Origin: Candidatus Saccharimonadales bacterium
GTDB lineage: Bacteria > Patescibacteriota > Saccharimonadia > Saccharimonadales > 2-12-FULL-41-12
Length of the DNA stretch: 64,000 bases
Direction of reading: 5' to 3'
Assembly: GCA_036276755.1 (NCBI GenBank)
Contig: DASUOG010000010.1
Location: 155 to 64,154 of the forward strand
The notes below the pieces were generated by a model. The model was not told the DNA's origin. It made no database searches and worked only from the letters and a program-made list of their open reading frames with translations. Shown here piece by piece: positions 8,244-17,503 of this stretch. The translations under genes and the position numbers were made by a program. How positions within the stretch are numbered: the first letter of the stretch is position 1; each line of letters opens with the position of its first letter.

Positions 8244-9008
8244 ATGTTGGGCTTGGCCGAAAGAGCTTATGACCTGTGGGGCAGGATATTGGATGCCCAA
8301 ATGGAATACGTCTGCGAATCCCCATATGAGCTGAAACCGGATAATCCTAAGTTGGAACGACTGAACGGACAGATCGAAGAAGCGCAGATACTGTTTAACC
8401 AAGCGATGACCAGAGTCGATAGCCTGATGCCGGCGCCGCCGCGCGGATCTACAGCCAAGCCGCCGCCCAAACAAAAGCCGGAAAAGACAGAACCACCCAA
8501 GCCGCAATTTAAGGCGTTTCGCAAAAGCAATAAGGAACGCTCCGAATATAGCCGCCATCTGATAGAAACCATGGCAAGTTCTCTGGATGATCTTCACGAA
8601 AGTTATAATCCGACCAACCGCAATGCCGGCGAAGCAAGGCAATATCTGGCCAAACAGACCACCTTGCATATGAAGAAGGGCGGCGATGAGTTTAAAATAA
8701 AAGTAAGAAACGGCGATATTATAAAACTGGACGAGAGGCTGCAGCTGCTTATCTGGATCGGCCAGGTGAACGGTCCGAGGCAGGCGCCGTTTTATGATAC
8801 TGCGCGCAAACGCATGATGTTTGTCCATAAGATGATAAACGAAGGAAAACTTGACCCGAACGACCATATAGATGCCGGACGGCTTTGGGAACTGGTCGAC
8901 GAATTAGCCGAAGAAGGGCTGGTTTATCAGGACGAGCCGGATGATCCGAAGCTGTCCGGCAAGGGACTGATGAGGTTGAAGGACAGCGGCCTCAAGGATA
9001 AAGGATAA
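8244..9008 (+). CDS. hypothetical protein
   Basis: The tracked ORF starts at GTG 8190 inside a TGtTAAAAT -10 (8191-8199). ATG 8244 has SD GGTGAGG; GTG 8208 is an alternative leaderless start. The N-terminal half includes a Pro/Lys-rich linker. Confidence 0.5.
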   Translation: MLGLAERAYDLWGRILDAQMEYVCESPYELKPDNPKLERLNGQIEEAQILFNQAMTRVDSLMPAPPRGSTAKPPPKQKPEKTEPPKPQFKAFRKSNKERSEYSRHLIETMASSLDDLHESYNPTNRNAGEARQYLAKQTTLHMKKGGDEFKIKVRNGDIIKLDERLQLLIWIGQVNGPRQAPFYDTARKRMMFVHKMINEGKLDPNDHIDAGRLWELVDELAEEGLVYQDEPDDPKLSGKGLMRLKDSGLKDKG

Positions 9009-9052
9009 AGATCGGTTTAGCCTGAAGCTCCGCTTGTTCTATAATGTAGCGA

Positions 9053-10120
9053 ATGGCAGAAAAGCTCGGCAGCAGATGGCGCAAAGTCATAACGATAGTT
9101 ACCTTTTTGGCTTTGCTGCTGTTGATTTATTTTTCGCGGCACGAGATAGCAGATACCTTTACCAGACTGTTTGAAATAAATTCGCTTATTTTATTACTCA
9201 TAGTATTTTTCCAGCTGGTAAATAACCATTCCTATGCCAAGATGTATCTCTCGCTGTTTAAGATAGTCGGCAAACGGCTGAAGTACCGGTCGATGTTCAG
9301 GGTGGCGCTTGAGGTGAACTTCGTGAACAACGTGTTCCCCACGGCCGGGCTTACCGGATTCTCTTATTTCGGCCTCCGCCTGCAGGAGTTCGGCATAAAT
9401 GCCGGTAAGGCTACATTGATACACCTGATGCGATTCGTGGGAGTATTCCTGTCATTCCAGATATTGATATTCTTCGGCTTGTTGTTCCTGGCAGTCGAAG
9501 GCAAGGTGAGCAACTTTACCATATTGGTCGCCAGCTCGCTGGCTACGCTGATAGTCGTCGGTACGGCCATGGTCGCTTACATCGTCGGCAGCCGTGAACG
9601 GATAGACAGTTTCTTCACTTGGATAACCAAGGCCGTCAATCGTGTCATACAGGTGGTGCGGCCGAAACATCCCGAAACCATCAAAGTCGAATCATCCAGG
9701 CGTATGTTTTTGGATCTGCATCGCGATTACAACATCATGCGTAAGAATTATGAAAAGCTCGGTCCATGGCTGGCTTATTCTTTACTGGCCAACGTTGCCG
9801 AAGTGGCCAGCATCTACATCATATATGTCGCTTTCGGCGACGTGGTCAACCCCGGAGCGATAATCATCGCTTATGTCATTGCTAATTTCGCCGGGTTCAT
9901 ATCGGTGTTACCAGGCGGTATCGGTATATATGAAGGCTTGATGGTGGCGGTATTGGCTACCGCGGGAATATCACCGGGAATCAGCATACCCGCAACGGTC
10001 ATGTACAGGGTACTTACTTCTGCTATCAAGTTGCCACCGGGCTATTACTTATATCAGAAGGCTATCGACCAATCCGGCTGGGAGAAAGACAAGGCCGGAG
10101 GCCCTTATGATAGGCAGTGA
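9053..10120 (+). CDS. flippase-like / lysylphosphatidylglycerol-synthase transmembrane-domain family protein
   Basis: 355-aa polytopic membrane protein. The N-terminal basic stretch, repeated TM helices and C-terminal GGIGIYEG motif are typical of the UPF0104 family. Confidence 0.65.
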   Translation: MAEKLGSRWRKVITIVTFLALLLLIYFSRHEIADTFTRLFEINSLILLLIVFFQLVNNHSYAKMYLSLFKIVGKRLKYRSMFRVALEVNFVNNVFPTAGLTGFSYFGLRLQEFGINAGKATLIHLMRFVGVFLSFQILIFFGLLFLAVEGKVSNFTILVASSLATLIVVGTAMVAYIVGSRERIDSFFTWITKAVNRVIQVVRPKHPETIKVESSRRMFLDLHRDYNIMRKNYEKLGPWLAYSLLANVAEVASIYIIYVAFGDVVNPGAIIIAYVIANFAGFISVLPGGIGIYEGLMVAVLATAGISPGISIPATVMYRVLTSAIKLPPGYYLYQKAIDQSGWEKDKAGGPYDRQ

Positions 10121-11246
10121 CCCGACGTTGAGTGTCAGCGAGTTCGTGGCGGTATTCAACCAGTCGCTTGAGACGATATATCCGAGCGTGGGGATCGTCG
10201 GCGAGCTGGCCAACTTCCGGGTGAGCAAGGGGCGATGGATATATTTTGACCTTAAGGACGAAAACGCCAGCGTGCGGTTCTTCGGCAGCGTGCATGCTTT
10301 GCCCGGCCCGCTGGAAAACGGACTGAGCCTGGAAATTTTCGGCCGGCCCACACTGCATCCGCAGTATGGCTTCAGCGTAAACGTGATGAATATGCGGGTG
10401 GTTGGCGAGGGGTCGCTGGCTAAAGCTCAGGCGATGCTGGCTAAAAAGCTGGAAAAAGAAGGGTTGTTCAGCAGTGAAAGAAAACGACTTTTGCCATATC
10501 CGCCGGTACGGATCGGCCTGATAACTTCCGTCGAATCGGCAGCTTACAGTGATTTTATAAAGATCGTTAACCAGCGCTTTGGAAACCTGCGGATAGAACT
10601 GGTGGATTGTCTGGTACAGGGCATGGAGGCGCCAAGCCAGCTGATCGGCGCGCTGGAATACTTCAACCAGATGGCCGAACCGCCGGAAGTGTTGGTAATG
10701 ATCCGCGGCGGCGGCAGTGCCGATGATCTGGCAGCCTTTAGCAACGAGCAGTTGGTCAGGACGGTCGCAACCAGCCGGGTACCGACGATGGTAGCCATCG
10801 GCCATGAACGCGATATCAGCCTGGCCGAACTGGCGGCGGATAGGCAGGCCAGTACGCCGAGCAATGCCGCGGAACTGTTGGTGCCGGATGCCGACCATGA
10901 GCGGGTACAGATGGCCGATGCAAAAAAGCATGTTTATCGCTGCCTGCAGACAATCCATGCCGATAAACGGCGGCAAACGGATGAGCTGGCCGCCCGCGCG
11001 GGGGATATCCTGAATAATGTGATTGTTCAAAACCGGGAGATGATAAAGCAGAAAAAACTGTTGGTTCGCGCATTGGATCCTAAGGCCCCCCTCAAACGGG
11101 GCTTTGCGATAGTCCGCGGGCCGTATGGTTCGATCATCAAGACCGTCGGAGCGGCTAAGGCTGCGCAAGAATTGTCTATCGACTTGTCAGACGGGACCGT
11201 AAATGCGAAGGTAGTAGATAGCAGACAGCGGAAAAACAAGGGTTGA
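10107..11246 (+). CDS. xseA: exodeoxyribonuclease VII large subunit
   Basis: 379 aa. N-terminal OB fold (LSVSEFVAVFNQSLE..VGIVGELANFRVSKGRWIYFDLKD), then ..IGLITSVESAAYSDF.., RGGGSADDL and IGHERD. Followed by xseB. Confidence 0.9.
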   Translation: MIGSDPTLSVSEFVAVFNQSLETIYPSVGIVGELANFRVSKGRWIYFDLKDENASVRFFGSVHALPGPLENGLSLEIFGRPTLHPQYGFSVNVMNMRVVGEGSLAKAQAMLAKKLEKEGLFSSERKRLLPYPPVRIGLITSVESAAYSDFIKIVNQRFGNLRIELVDCLVQGMEAPSQLIGALEYFNQMAEPPEVLVMIRGGGSADDLAAFSNEQLVRTVATSRVPTMVAIGHERDISLAELAADRQASTPSNAAELLVPDADHERVQMADAKKHVYRCLQTIHADKRRQTDELAARAGDILNNVIVQNREMIKQKKLLVRALDPKAPLKRGFAIVRGPYGSIIKTVGAAKAAQELSIDLSDGTVNAKVVDSRQRKNKG

Positions 11247-11247
11247 T

Positions 11248-11448
11248 ATGGCAAAGAAAGCTAAAACGTATCGGGAGCTGAAAGACGAACTGGACAGGCT
11301 GGTGCTGGAATTGGAAGCGACTACCGATGATATCGATAAAGCCATCGAACAATACAAAAAAGCGCAAAAACTTATCGATGAAATAGAAAAATACCTGGAC
11401 AAGGCAAAGGCTAAGATAGACATACTCAAGCCGCCGAAACAGCCATGA
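11248..11448 (+). CDS. xseB: exodeoxyribonuclease VII small subunit
   Basis: 66-aa helical protein (..YRELKDELDRLVLELE..IDKAIEQYKKAQKLIDEIEKYL) immediately after xseA. Confidence 0.85.
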   Translation: MAKKAKTYRELKDELDRLVLELEATTDDIDKAIEQYKKAQKLIDEIEKYLDKAKAKIDILKPPKQP

Positions 11449-11933
11449 CCTATGTTTATCTGGTGGTAGTTTTCCTGGTAATTTGTTTTTGCGGCGTGTT
11501 GCTGTTCGGCGCGCCCTACCTACCGACTCTGGACCGGCAACGGAAGACAGCACTTGATTTACTGGAATTAAAAAAAGGACAGACCCTGCTGGAGCCGGGC
11601 AGCGGTGACGGACGGGTGCTGGCAGAAGCGGCCCGACGGGGTATAAAGGGCATCGGCATAGAGCTGAACCCGATAATGGTACTGGTCTCGCTGTATGTTA
11701 CGCGGAAATACCGCAAGGATGTAAAAATTATCTGGGGTAATTTTTGGCGCAAGGACTGGTCGGAAGCCGACGGCATATACTTGTTCCTAATAGACAAATA
11801 TATCGGCAGGTTCGACAAACGGGTGAAGAAACTTCCGAAAAAGCCCGTCAAGGTGGCAAGCTTTGCCTTTAAGATACCGAATAAAAAACCCCTGCGCGAA
11901 AAAGACGGCGTGTTTTTGTATCAATATGACTAA
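11445..11933 (+). CDS. class I SAM-dependent methyltransferase
   Basis: 162 aa with motif I LLEPGSGDGRVLAEAARRG..GIELNP. Overlaps the xseB stop by 4 nt. Confidence 0.65.
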   Translation: MTYVYLVVVFLVICFCGVLLFGAPYLPTLDRQRKTALDLLELKKGQTLLEPGSGDGRVLAEAARRGIKGIGIELNPIMVLVSLYVTRKYRKDVKIIWGNFWRKDWSEADGIYLFLIDKYIGRFDKRVKKLPKKPVKVASFAFKIPNKKPLREKDGVFLYQYD

Positions 11934-11956
11934 CTCTGTGTGTTAACATAAGAATT

Positions 11957-12610
11957 ATGAATAATGAACGCGGCGCGATGAGCCTGATGATGGCCGCATG
12001 GATAGTTACCGGATTGGTCTTTATTGCTACGGCCAGTTTTGCAACATGGGCTTTCCTATCGCGCCAGGACTATAAGAACAACGCCGATCAGAAAATCAAG
12101 GCTGCGGTAGAGGTGACCGAAAAGAATGTCGCAGCCGAGAAGGACAACGAATTCGTGGAGAAAGAAAAATACCCGCTCAAGGCATACAACGGTCCGGCCG
12201 ATCTGGGCGCTTTTACGCTTGAGTACCCCAAAACCTGGAGCGCATACGTTTCGACCGGCGGCGGAGTTAACAATGAATTTATCTTTCATCCCGATGTGGT
12301 CAGGGCGGCTAATTCCGGGCAGCAGCAATACGCGCTTAGGGTAACCATCGAAGAGACGGAATACAACCAGGTAATTACCCAATACGATAGCCAGATACAG
12401 CAGGGAAGCGCGACGGTCGTGGCCTATTCGCTGCCGAAAGTCCCTTCGGTCGTGGGCGTAAGGTTCGACGGTGAGATAGAAGTCGGCAAACCGGGCGCGC
12501 TGGTGGTTCTGCCGTTGCGCGATAAAACTATCAAGATAGCCTGCGAGATCCCGGACAGGCTGAATGATTTTAACAGGATCATTCTTCCCAGCTTCTCCTT
12601 CAATCCTTAG
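11957..12610 (+). CDS. hypothetical membrane-anchored/secreted protein
   Basis: 217 aa with one N-terminal TM helix. TGtTAACAT at 11941-11949 lies 7 nt before the ATG. Confidence 0.5.
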   Translation: MNNERGAMSLMMAAWIVTGLVFIATASFATWAFLSRQDYKNNADQKIKAAVEVTEKNVAAEKDNEFVEKEKYPLKAYNGPADLGAFTLEYPKTWSAYVSTGGGVNNEFIFHPDVVRAANSGQQQYALRVTIEETEYNQVITQYDSQIQQGSATVVAYSLPKVPSVVGVRFDGEIEVGKPGALVVLPLRDKTIKIACEIPDRLNDFNRIILPSFSFNP

Positions 12611-12643
12611 GATTGTTTAAAACACACTGATTTTTATTCATGC

Positions 12644-13426
12644 TTGAGCTTGCTGTCGGGCAGTTGGCGCGTGCTAAAATTAGGACGTATCGAAAGTGGG
12701 GTAGCGAGGGTGCAAAAACACCGGGAAGACAAAAACTTATACTCTGCGCCGGACCAATTGTTGAGGGCGTTGGCAAGAGAGCTGAAAAACCCTTTGATAT
12801 TGATTGCCCGCCGCTCGGAGCTGGAAAAAAACGCTTCGAACGGGCCGCAAGCTTATGAAACATTACAGCAAACCGCCGAAAATGCGCTCCAGCTGATCGA
12901 CAGCTATATGCTTATGGCCCAATCCGAATATGGCCAGCGCAGTCTGCCATTGGAAACGGTGGGCATAGGCTCGGTGGTTTATGAAGTAGTACGCGATCTT
13001 ACGCCGCATACCAAAGTCCGGGAAATAGATTTTGCTACCGAAGTGAAGGCCGGGGATGTTATGGCCAACCGCGAAGGACTGAAAGCGATTATCTGGTGCC
13101 TGTGCGAGCTCATGGTAGCGCAAAATGGCGATGGCGGACAGATTAAGAAAAAGGTACGTATCAAGACGATGAAGCAAGACAGGAAGGTTTCAATATCCGT
13201 GCTGAGCAGTGATATGGACATCACCAACAGCGATATAGACGCGGCACGCCGAATTCAGGGTATGTCACATCTGGCGGGCGGCAAATTAAGCGACAGCGGG
13301 ATAAGGCTGGCTATAGCCGATGTCCTGACAAGCTCGTTGGGCAGTAGACTTAAAGTAAGAAAAATAAACGGCTTAAAGGGTCTTTGTTTTGAGCTGGCAG
13401 GCAGCCGCCAGTTACAGTTGGTATGA
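12644..13426 (+). CDS. degenerate histidine-kinase-like protein (phospho-acceptor His replaced)
   Basis: The H-box region reads LLRALARELKNPLILI, against canonical ..SHELRTPL.. (Arg at the His position). The C-terminal half is HATPase-like, but I cannot find a DxGxG G1 box, and the G2 region is SGIRLAIA. Start uncertain (TTG 12644 or GTG 12705). Confidence 0.6.
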   Translation: MSLLSGSWRVLKLGRIESGVARVQKHREDKNLYSAPDQLLRALARELKNPLILIARRSELEKNASNGPQAYETLQQTAENALQLIDSYMLMAQSEYGQRSLPLETVGIGSVVYEVVRDLTPHTKVREIDFATEVKAGDVMANREGLKAIIWCLCELMVAQNGDGGQIKKKVRIKTMKQDRKVSISVLSSDMDITNSDIDAARRIQGMSHLAGGKLSDSGIRLAIADVLTSSLGSRLKVRKINGLKGLCFELAGSRQLQLV

Positions 13427-13825
13427 ATGCACATGAGTAGTACTGACGTTTTGATAATCGAGCCGTCGGCAGACCTGGCAAGTGTGCTAACAGCAGCGTT
13501 TGAACGAAAAGGTTTGAGGGCAGCTTCCGCACATACTGCCCAGGAAGGTATAGCCATGGCGGACAAAAGACCGCCGCGGATGATAGTGATGGAGCTTATC
13601 ATGCCGAATCATAACGGAGTGGAATTCATCCATGAGTTCAGATCTTATCCCGAGTGGATGAGGGTGCCGATAATCATCTATAGCCATCTGGCACCCGGCG
13701 AACTGGACCTGCCGCCGCACAAACTGGAAGAAATAGGTATAAGAGGCCATTTTTATAAGCCAAACACTTCCCTCGCGGAGTTGGTCGGAGCCGTGGAGTC
13801 TGCTTTTGCGACGGAATATAACTGA
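13427..13825 (+). CDS. atypical single-domain receiver protein (Asp to Glu at phospho-acceptor position)
   Basis: 132-aa REC fold. ..RMIVMELIMPNHNG.. aligns with CheY ..FVISDWNMPNMDG.. (Glu at D57). The acidic pocket is LIIEPS rather than DD. The conserved Lys is retained (HFYKP). Starts 1 nt after the upstream stop. Confidence 0.7.
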   Translation: MHMSSTDVLIIEPSADLASVLTAAFERKGLRAASAHTAQEGIAMADKRPPRMIVMELIMPNHNGVEFIHEFRSYPEWMRVPIIIYSHLAPGELDLPPHKLEEIGIRGHFYKPNTSLAELVGAVESAFATEYN

Positions 13826-14492
13826 TCTGGCCATAGTTTTATCACGTGTCGATTATCAGGAAAAGGACCGCATCATAACGGTACTGACGGAGAATCACGG
13901 TAAATTGCGCGCGATCGCCAGAAGTGTACGTTCGAGCAAAAGCCGCCTGGCCGGCGGTATCGAGCTGTTCGCGGAGAATGAACTCGGACTGGCGGAAGGC
14001 CGGGGGGAGCTTCATACGCTTACGCATAGCAGGATGAAGCGGTATTTTGGCAATATTGCTAAAGATACCGAAGCGACCATGTACGCTTATGAGTGCTTGA
14101 AGACTGTTGGCAAACTGACTCCGGAAAACGCCGGCGAGGAATATTATGATGATCTGGTGCGTTTACTAACGGCCTTGGACGCGCACAGGATACCGTTGGA
14201 TCAGATCAGGATATGGTATGGTTTGAAACTGCTAAAGACCCTAGGTGCTTCACCGAACCTTACAACCGGGCCGCAGGGCAAGCCGCTTTCTGAAGGAGGA
14301 CGGTATCAATACGACTTTGATAAACATTGTTTTTATACAAAACCGGACGGACCGTATAGGGCAGACCATATCAAACTGCTGCGCCATCTAAGCCGAGCAG
14401 GCAAACCGGTCGAAGTGATGCGTCTTGATGATGAGATAACCGGTTCGCTGCAGCGGTTGACAAGCTTGCTGGTAAGCTCGCATATTAAATAG
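13806..14492 (+). CDS. recO: DNA repair protein RecO
   Basis: 228 aa. N-terminal OB fold (AIVLSRVDYQEKDRIITVLTENHGKLRAIARSVRSSKSRLAGGIELF). TTG start overlaps the upstream gene. Confidence 0.85.
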   Translation: MRRNITDLAIVLSRVDYQEKDRIITVLTENHGKLRAIARSVRSSKSRLAGGIELFAENELGLAEGRGELHTLTHSRMKRYFGNIAKDTEATMYAYECLKTVGKLTPENAGEEYYDDLVRLLTALDAHRIPLDQIRIWYGLKLLKTLGASPNLTTGPQGKPLSEGGRYQYDFDKHCFYTKPDGPYRADHIKLLRHLSRAGKPVEVMRLDDEITGSLQRLTSLLVSSHIK

Positions 14493-14521
14493 TTATTACT
14501 AATCTGTTAGAATAACTGCAA

Positions 14522-15820
14522 ATGGCAAGTGAAGTTAAGCTCGAAGATATTGTTAGCTTATGCAAGCGCAGAGGGTTTATTTATCAGGGCTCCGAGATTT
14601 ACGGCGGTCTCTCCGGCACTTGGGATTACGGTCCGCTCGGTGTGCGTTTGAAGTGGAACATCATGGATCTTTGGTGGAAAACGTTCGTTGATGACCGCGA
14701 TGATATATATGGCGTCGAAGCCGCCATCCTTATGAATAAAAAGGTCTGGGAAGCCAGCGGACATACAACCGGCTTCAATGACCCGCTAGTGGAATGCCAA
14801 AATTGCAAAGCCCGCTTGCGCCAGGACCACATAGAAAAGGATAAATGTCCGGTCTGTGGCACCGTCGGCAAATTCAGCGAACCGCGTCAATTCAATATGA
14901 TGTTCAAGACCAATGTCGGTCCGACCGAAGACGAAAATTCTCTGAGCTACCTGCGGCCGGAGACAGCTCAAGGAATATTTACCAATTATAAAAATGTAGT
15001 CGACAGCTTCTATCCCGATATTCCTTTTGGCATCGGGCAAATGGGCAAGGCGTTCAGAAATGAAATCAGCTCCCGCGATTTTGTATTCCGAAGCCGTGAG
15101 TTCGAACAGATGGAGATAGAATATTTCGTTCACCCGGATACCTGGAAAAAAGAATTCGACAAATGGGTCAAGGATATCCGTGCGTTTTTGGATGAGCTCG
15201 GTCTGCCGGAAGATAAGATCCACGAACTGGACGTGCCCGAGGCTGATAGAGCGCACTATTCTAAAAAAACAATTGATTTTGAGTTCGACTTCCCGCACAA
15301 ACGCGACGAACTGCTGGGCTTGGCATACCGGACGGACTACGATTTGGCTAATATCCAAAAGGCTACAGGCAAAAGCATGCAGTACCGGCCGAAAGACGGT
15401 TCCGAGCCGTTCGTTCCGCATGTGATCGAGCCAAGCTTCGGCGTAGAACGCGCTGTCATGGCAGTGCTTGCAAGTGCATACACAGAAGACGAAGTAGACG
15501 GCGAAAAACGAATCTTTCTGAAACTACCGGAGCATCTGGCCCCTGTGAAGGTTGCGGTTTCGCCACTGCTTAAGAACAAACCGGAGCTGGTCAAAAAGGC
15601 CAAGGAGGTTTATAAAACACTTAAAAAAGAATTCGGCAACGTAATGTACGATGACAACGGTAATATCGGCAAACGCTACCGCCGCCAAGACGAAATCGGC
15701 ACGCCGCATTGCGTAACAATCGACTTCGATACATTGGCTGACGACACCGTAACCCTCCGCAACCGGGACAATACCAAACAGAAGAGAGTAAAAATAGATA
15801 GATTAACGGAAAGTTTATGA
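14522..15820 (+). CDS. glyQS: glycine--tRNA ligase (dimeric class II type)
   Basis: 432 aa. ..CKRRGFIYQGSEIYGGLSGTWDYGPLG.., ..YLRPETAQGIF.., FRNEISSRDFVFRSREFEQMEIEYF and the C-terminal anticodon-binding domain. Confidence 0.95.
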   Translation: MASEVKLEDIVSLCKRRGFIYQGSEIYGGLSGTWDYGPLGVRLKWNIMDLWWKTFVDDRDDIYGVEAAILMNKKVWEASGHTTGFNDPLVECQNCKARLRQDHIEKDKCPVCGTVGKFSEPRQFNMMFKTNVGPTEDENSLSYLRPETAQGIFTNYKNVVDSFYPDIPFGIGQMGKAFRNEISSRDFVFRSREFEQMEIEYFVHPDTWKKEFDKWVKDIRAFLDELGLPEDKIHELDVPEADRAHYSKKTIDFEFDFPHKRDELLGLAYRTDYDLANIQKATGKSMQYRPKDGSEPFVPHVIEPSFGVERAVMAVLASAYTEDEVDGEKRIFLKLPEHLAPVKVAVSPLLKNKPELVKKAKEVYKTLKKEFGNVMYDDNGNIGKRYRRQDEIGTPHCVTIDFDTLADDTVTLRNRDNTKQKRVKIDRLTESL

Positions 15821-16395
15821 ACCCCAAACAAGGAGATGTTTGGGTAGTTGCCGGGCCGGTAGGTGCTGGGAAAACAACAGTTGCTAATATTTTGCTTTCA
15901 AAACTAAACCCGATACCGGCGCTTTTGGATAAAGACACTATTTACGGCCCGTTCGTTTCCGCTACGCTTGCTGCCGCCGGTCGGCCGGAAGGTGAGCGGG
16001 AAGGTGAATGGTACGACAAAAATATAAAGATTCATGAATATGCAGGCATGACGGAAACCGCAAAAGAAGTCAGGTCATACGGATGTTCCGTGTTATTGTC
16101 CGGGCCGTTTACGGGCAGAATACATGATGCCAAAGCTTGGGGTGAATGGGTAAAACAGCTTGGAGGCGGAACGGTCAGGTTGGTGTGGGTGAAGTCGGAC
16201 AAGGAAACACTATGGCAGCGTCTGAATTCCAGGAATTCAAAGCGGGATGCGCAGAAAATAGCAAAATTTGATGAATTTATACAATCTATGAAAGTCGATA
16301 TACCACCGCCTATACCGCATATAACAATAGACAACAGGCTATCAGCCGAGCAAACGCTGGAAGAACAGATTACTGAAGTTTTGAAACAACTATGA
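15817..16395 (+). CDS. P-loop NTPase/kinase (AAA_33-like)
   Basis: 192 aa with Walker A GPVGAGKTT. Coupled to glyQS by a 4-nt overlap. Confidence 0.65.
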   Translation: MNPKQGDVWVVAGPVGAGKTTVANILLSKLNPIPALLDKDTIYGPFVSATLAAAGRPEGEREGEWYDKNIKIHEYAGMTETAKEVRSYGCSVLLSGPFTGRIHDAKAWGEWVKQLGGGTVRLVWVKSDKETLWQRLNSRNSKRDAQKIAKFDEFIQSMKVDIPPPIPHITIDNRLSAEQTLEEQITEVLKQL

Positions 16396-16482
16396 AAACT
16401 TTGTTTATGGATGCATGCACTTGGCAATGCCTTGATGTTTATTTGGATATGAAGCATAATTTAAAAATTAACGGAGTAGCTG

Positions 16483-16770
16483 ATGGGTTGGTTGCGCGAT
16501 AGTTTTGAAGCGGTAGGTAGAGAATCTTTGCTCAGACAGGCAGTGAAAGAACCACCGATGACCGATGAGGAATATGTCGGGCCTCATATAGATACAAGCG
16601 CTGCTATTTCCAGGGGTAAAGGAGAGCTTGCTAGGTTTACAGCAACGATTGTTGTGGTAGGCTCGATAGTAGCATTCGCTTCCAGTGAGGTGAATAGTAG
16701 TTCGGAAGCCGAACACCCGCCTATCCAACCACCACCGCAATGTCCGGCGCCGGGAATGCAGCACGTTTAG
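16483..16770 (+). CDS. hypothetical small membrane protein (weak call)
   Basis: 95-aa ORF with SD-like ACGGAG and one hydrophobic segment. Low-complexity C-terminus. Confidence 0.25.
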   Translation: MGWLRDSFEAVGRESLLRQAVKEPPMTDEEYVGPHIDTSAAISRGKGELARFTATIVVVGSIVAFASSEVNSSSEAEHPPIQPPPQCPAPGMQHV

Positions 16771-16784
16771 TATTATTGGGGATT

Positions 16785-17294
16785 ATGAAAGCACCTTTTG
16801 ATTTTTATGAAAACGGCTTCGGCTATATACGCTTAGAAAATTTAAAATTGAATGAAGAATTACCTGACACTATAACGGTCGAAAGTGACGAAATGGTGAA
16901 AAAACCGGAGTTCCACATATCTTTGGTATGGGTAGGCAGACTTGCGGGGATGATCAACGAAGATGATCAAGAAGTAATTAGTGTCGAAATGATAAAAGAG
17001 TTTGAAAAATTTATAAAAAAATACTCACTCACAGATTATAAGCTGACGCGAGAATTGCGCTTGGTGAGAAAGGGCGAACAAAAAACCGTGATAGCCATGG
17101 TTAGCATGCCGAACCTGGATATTTTCTTTGAGAAATTAAGTAAAAAATATGATGTAAATTTGCCGGTTCAGCCAACGCACATTACGCTTTATACCTTGCC
17201 GACGGACAAAATAGGCATAGGCATATTGTCATTCGGAGAACTCGACACCTATTCGGAACCCATAAATATAACCGAACTTCAAAGCCTGTTATGA
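16785..17294 (+). CDS. 2H-phosphoesterase-superfamily-like protein
   Basis: Two H-x-(S/T)-x motifs (FHISLV and THITLY) about 90 aa apart. ATG 16785 has a GGGGA SD; tracked start 16740 overlaps the upstream ORF. Confidence 0.5.
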   Translation: MKAPFDFYENGFGYIRLENLKLNEELPDTITVESDEMVKKPEFHISLVWVGRLAGMINEDDQEVISVEMIKEFEKFIKKYSLTDYKLTRELRLVRKGEQKTVIAMVSMPNLDIFFEKLSKKYDVNLPVQPTHITLYTLPTDKIGIGILSFGELDTYSEPINITELQSLL

Positions 17295-17301
17295 TTAGGG
17301 T

Positions 17302-17502
17302 ATGAGTAAAAGATTATATAGGTCGAATGAGGACAGGGTCATTGCCGGAGTTTGCGGCGGGATAGCTCAATATTTTAATATTGATCCCGTCATACCCAGA
17401 GTAGTGGCGCTTATACTGCTGTTACCCGGCGGTCTGCCCGGACTGATCCCATACGTTTTCTTATGGATTGCCGTGCCTGATAACCCCAACAAGAAAAAAT
17501 AA
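17302..17502 (+). CDS. PspC domain-containing membrane protein
   Basis: 66 aa. ..LYRSNEDRVIAGVCGGIAQYFNIDPVIPRVV.. is the PspC N-terminal signature. Confidence 0.8.
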   Translation: MSKRLYRSNEDRVIAGVCGGIAQYFNIDPVIPRVVALILLLPGGLPGLIPYVFLWIAVPDNPNKKK

Positions 17503-17503
17503 T

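Noticed and set aside
10062-11168. 368-aa antisense ORF opposite xseA. Similar long antisense ORFs lie opposite the PQQ dehydrogenase, glyQS, topA, tkt and the Pro-rich regulator.
   Set aside because: These are shadow frames of confidently identified genes in GC-rich codon contexts. None has a recognisable motif.
12640-12680. A fourth copy of the CTTATGCTTGCA promoter motif upstream of the degenerate kinase.
   Set aside because: Only ATGCTTG is shared, and no -35/-10 pair with 16-18-bp spacing could be placed.
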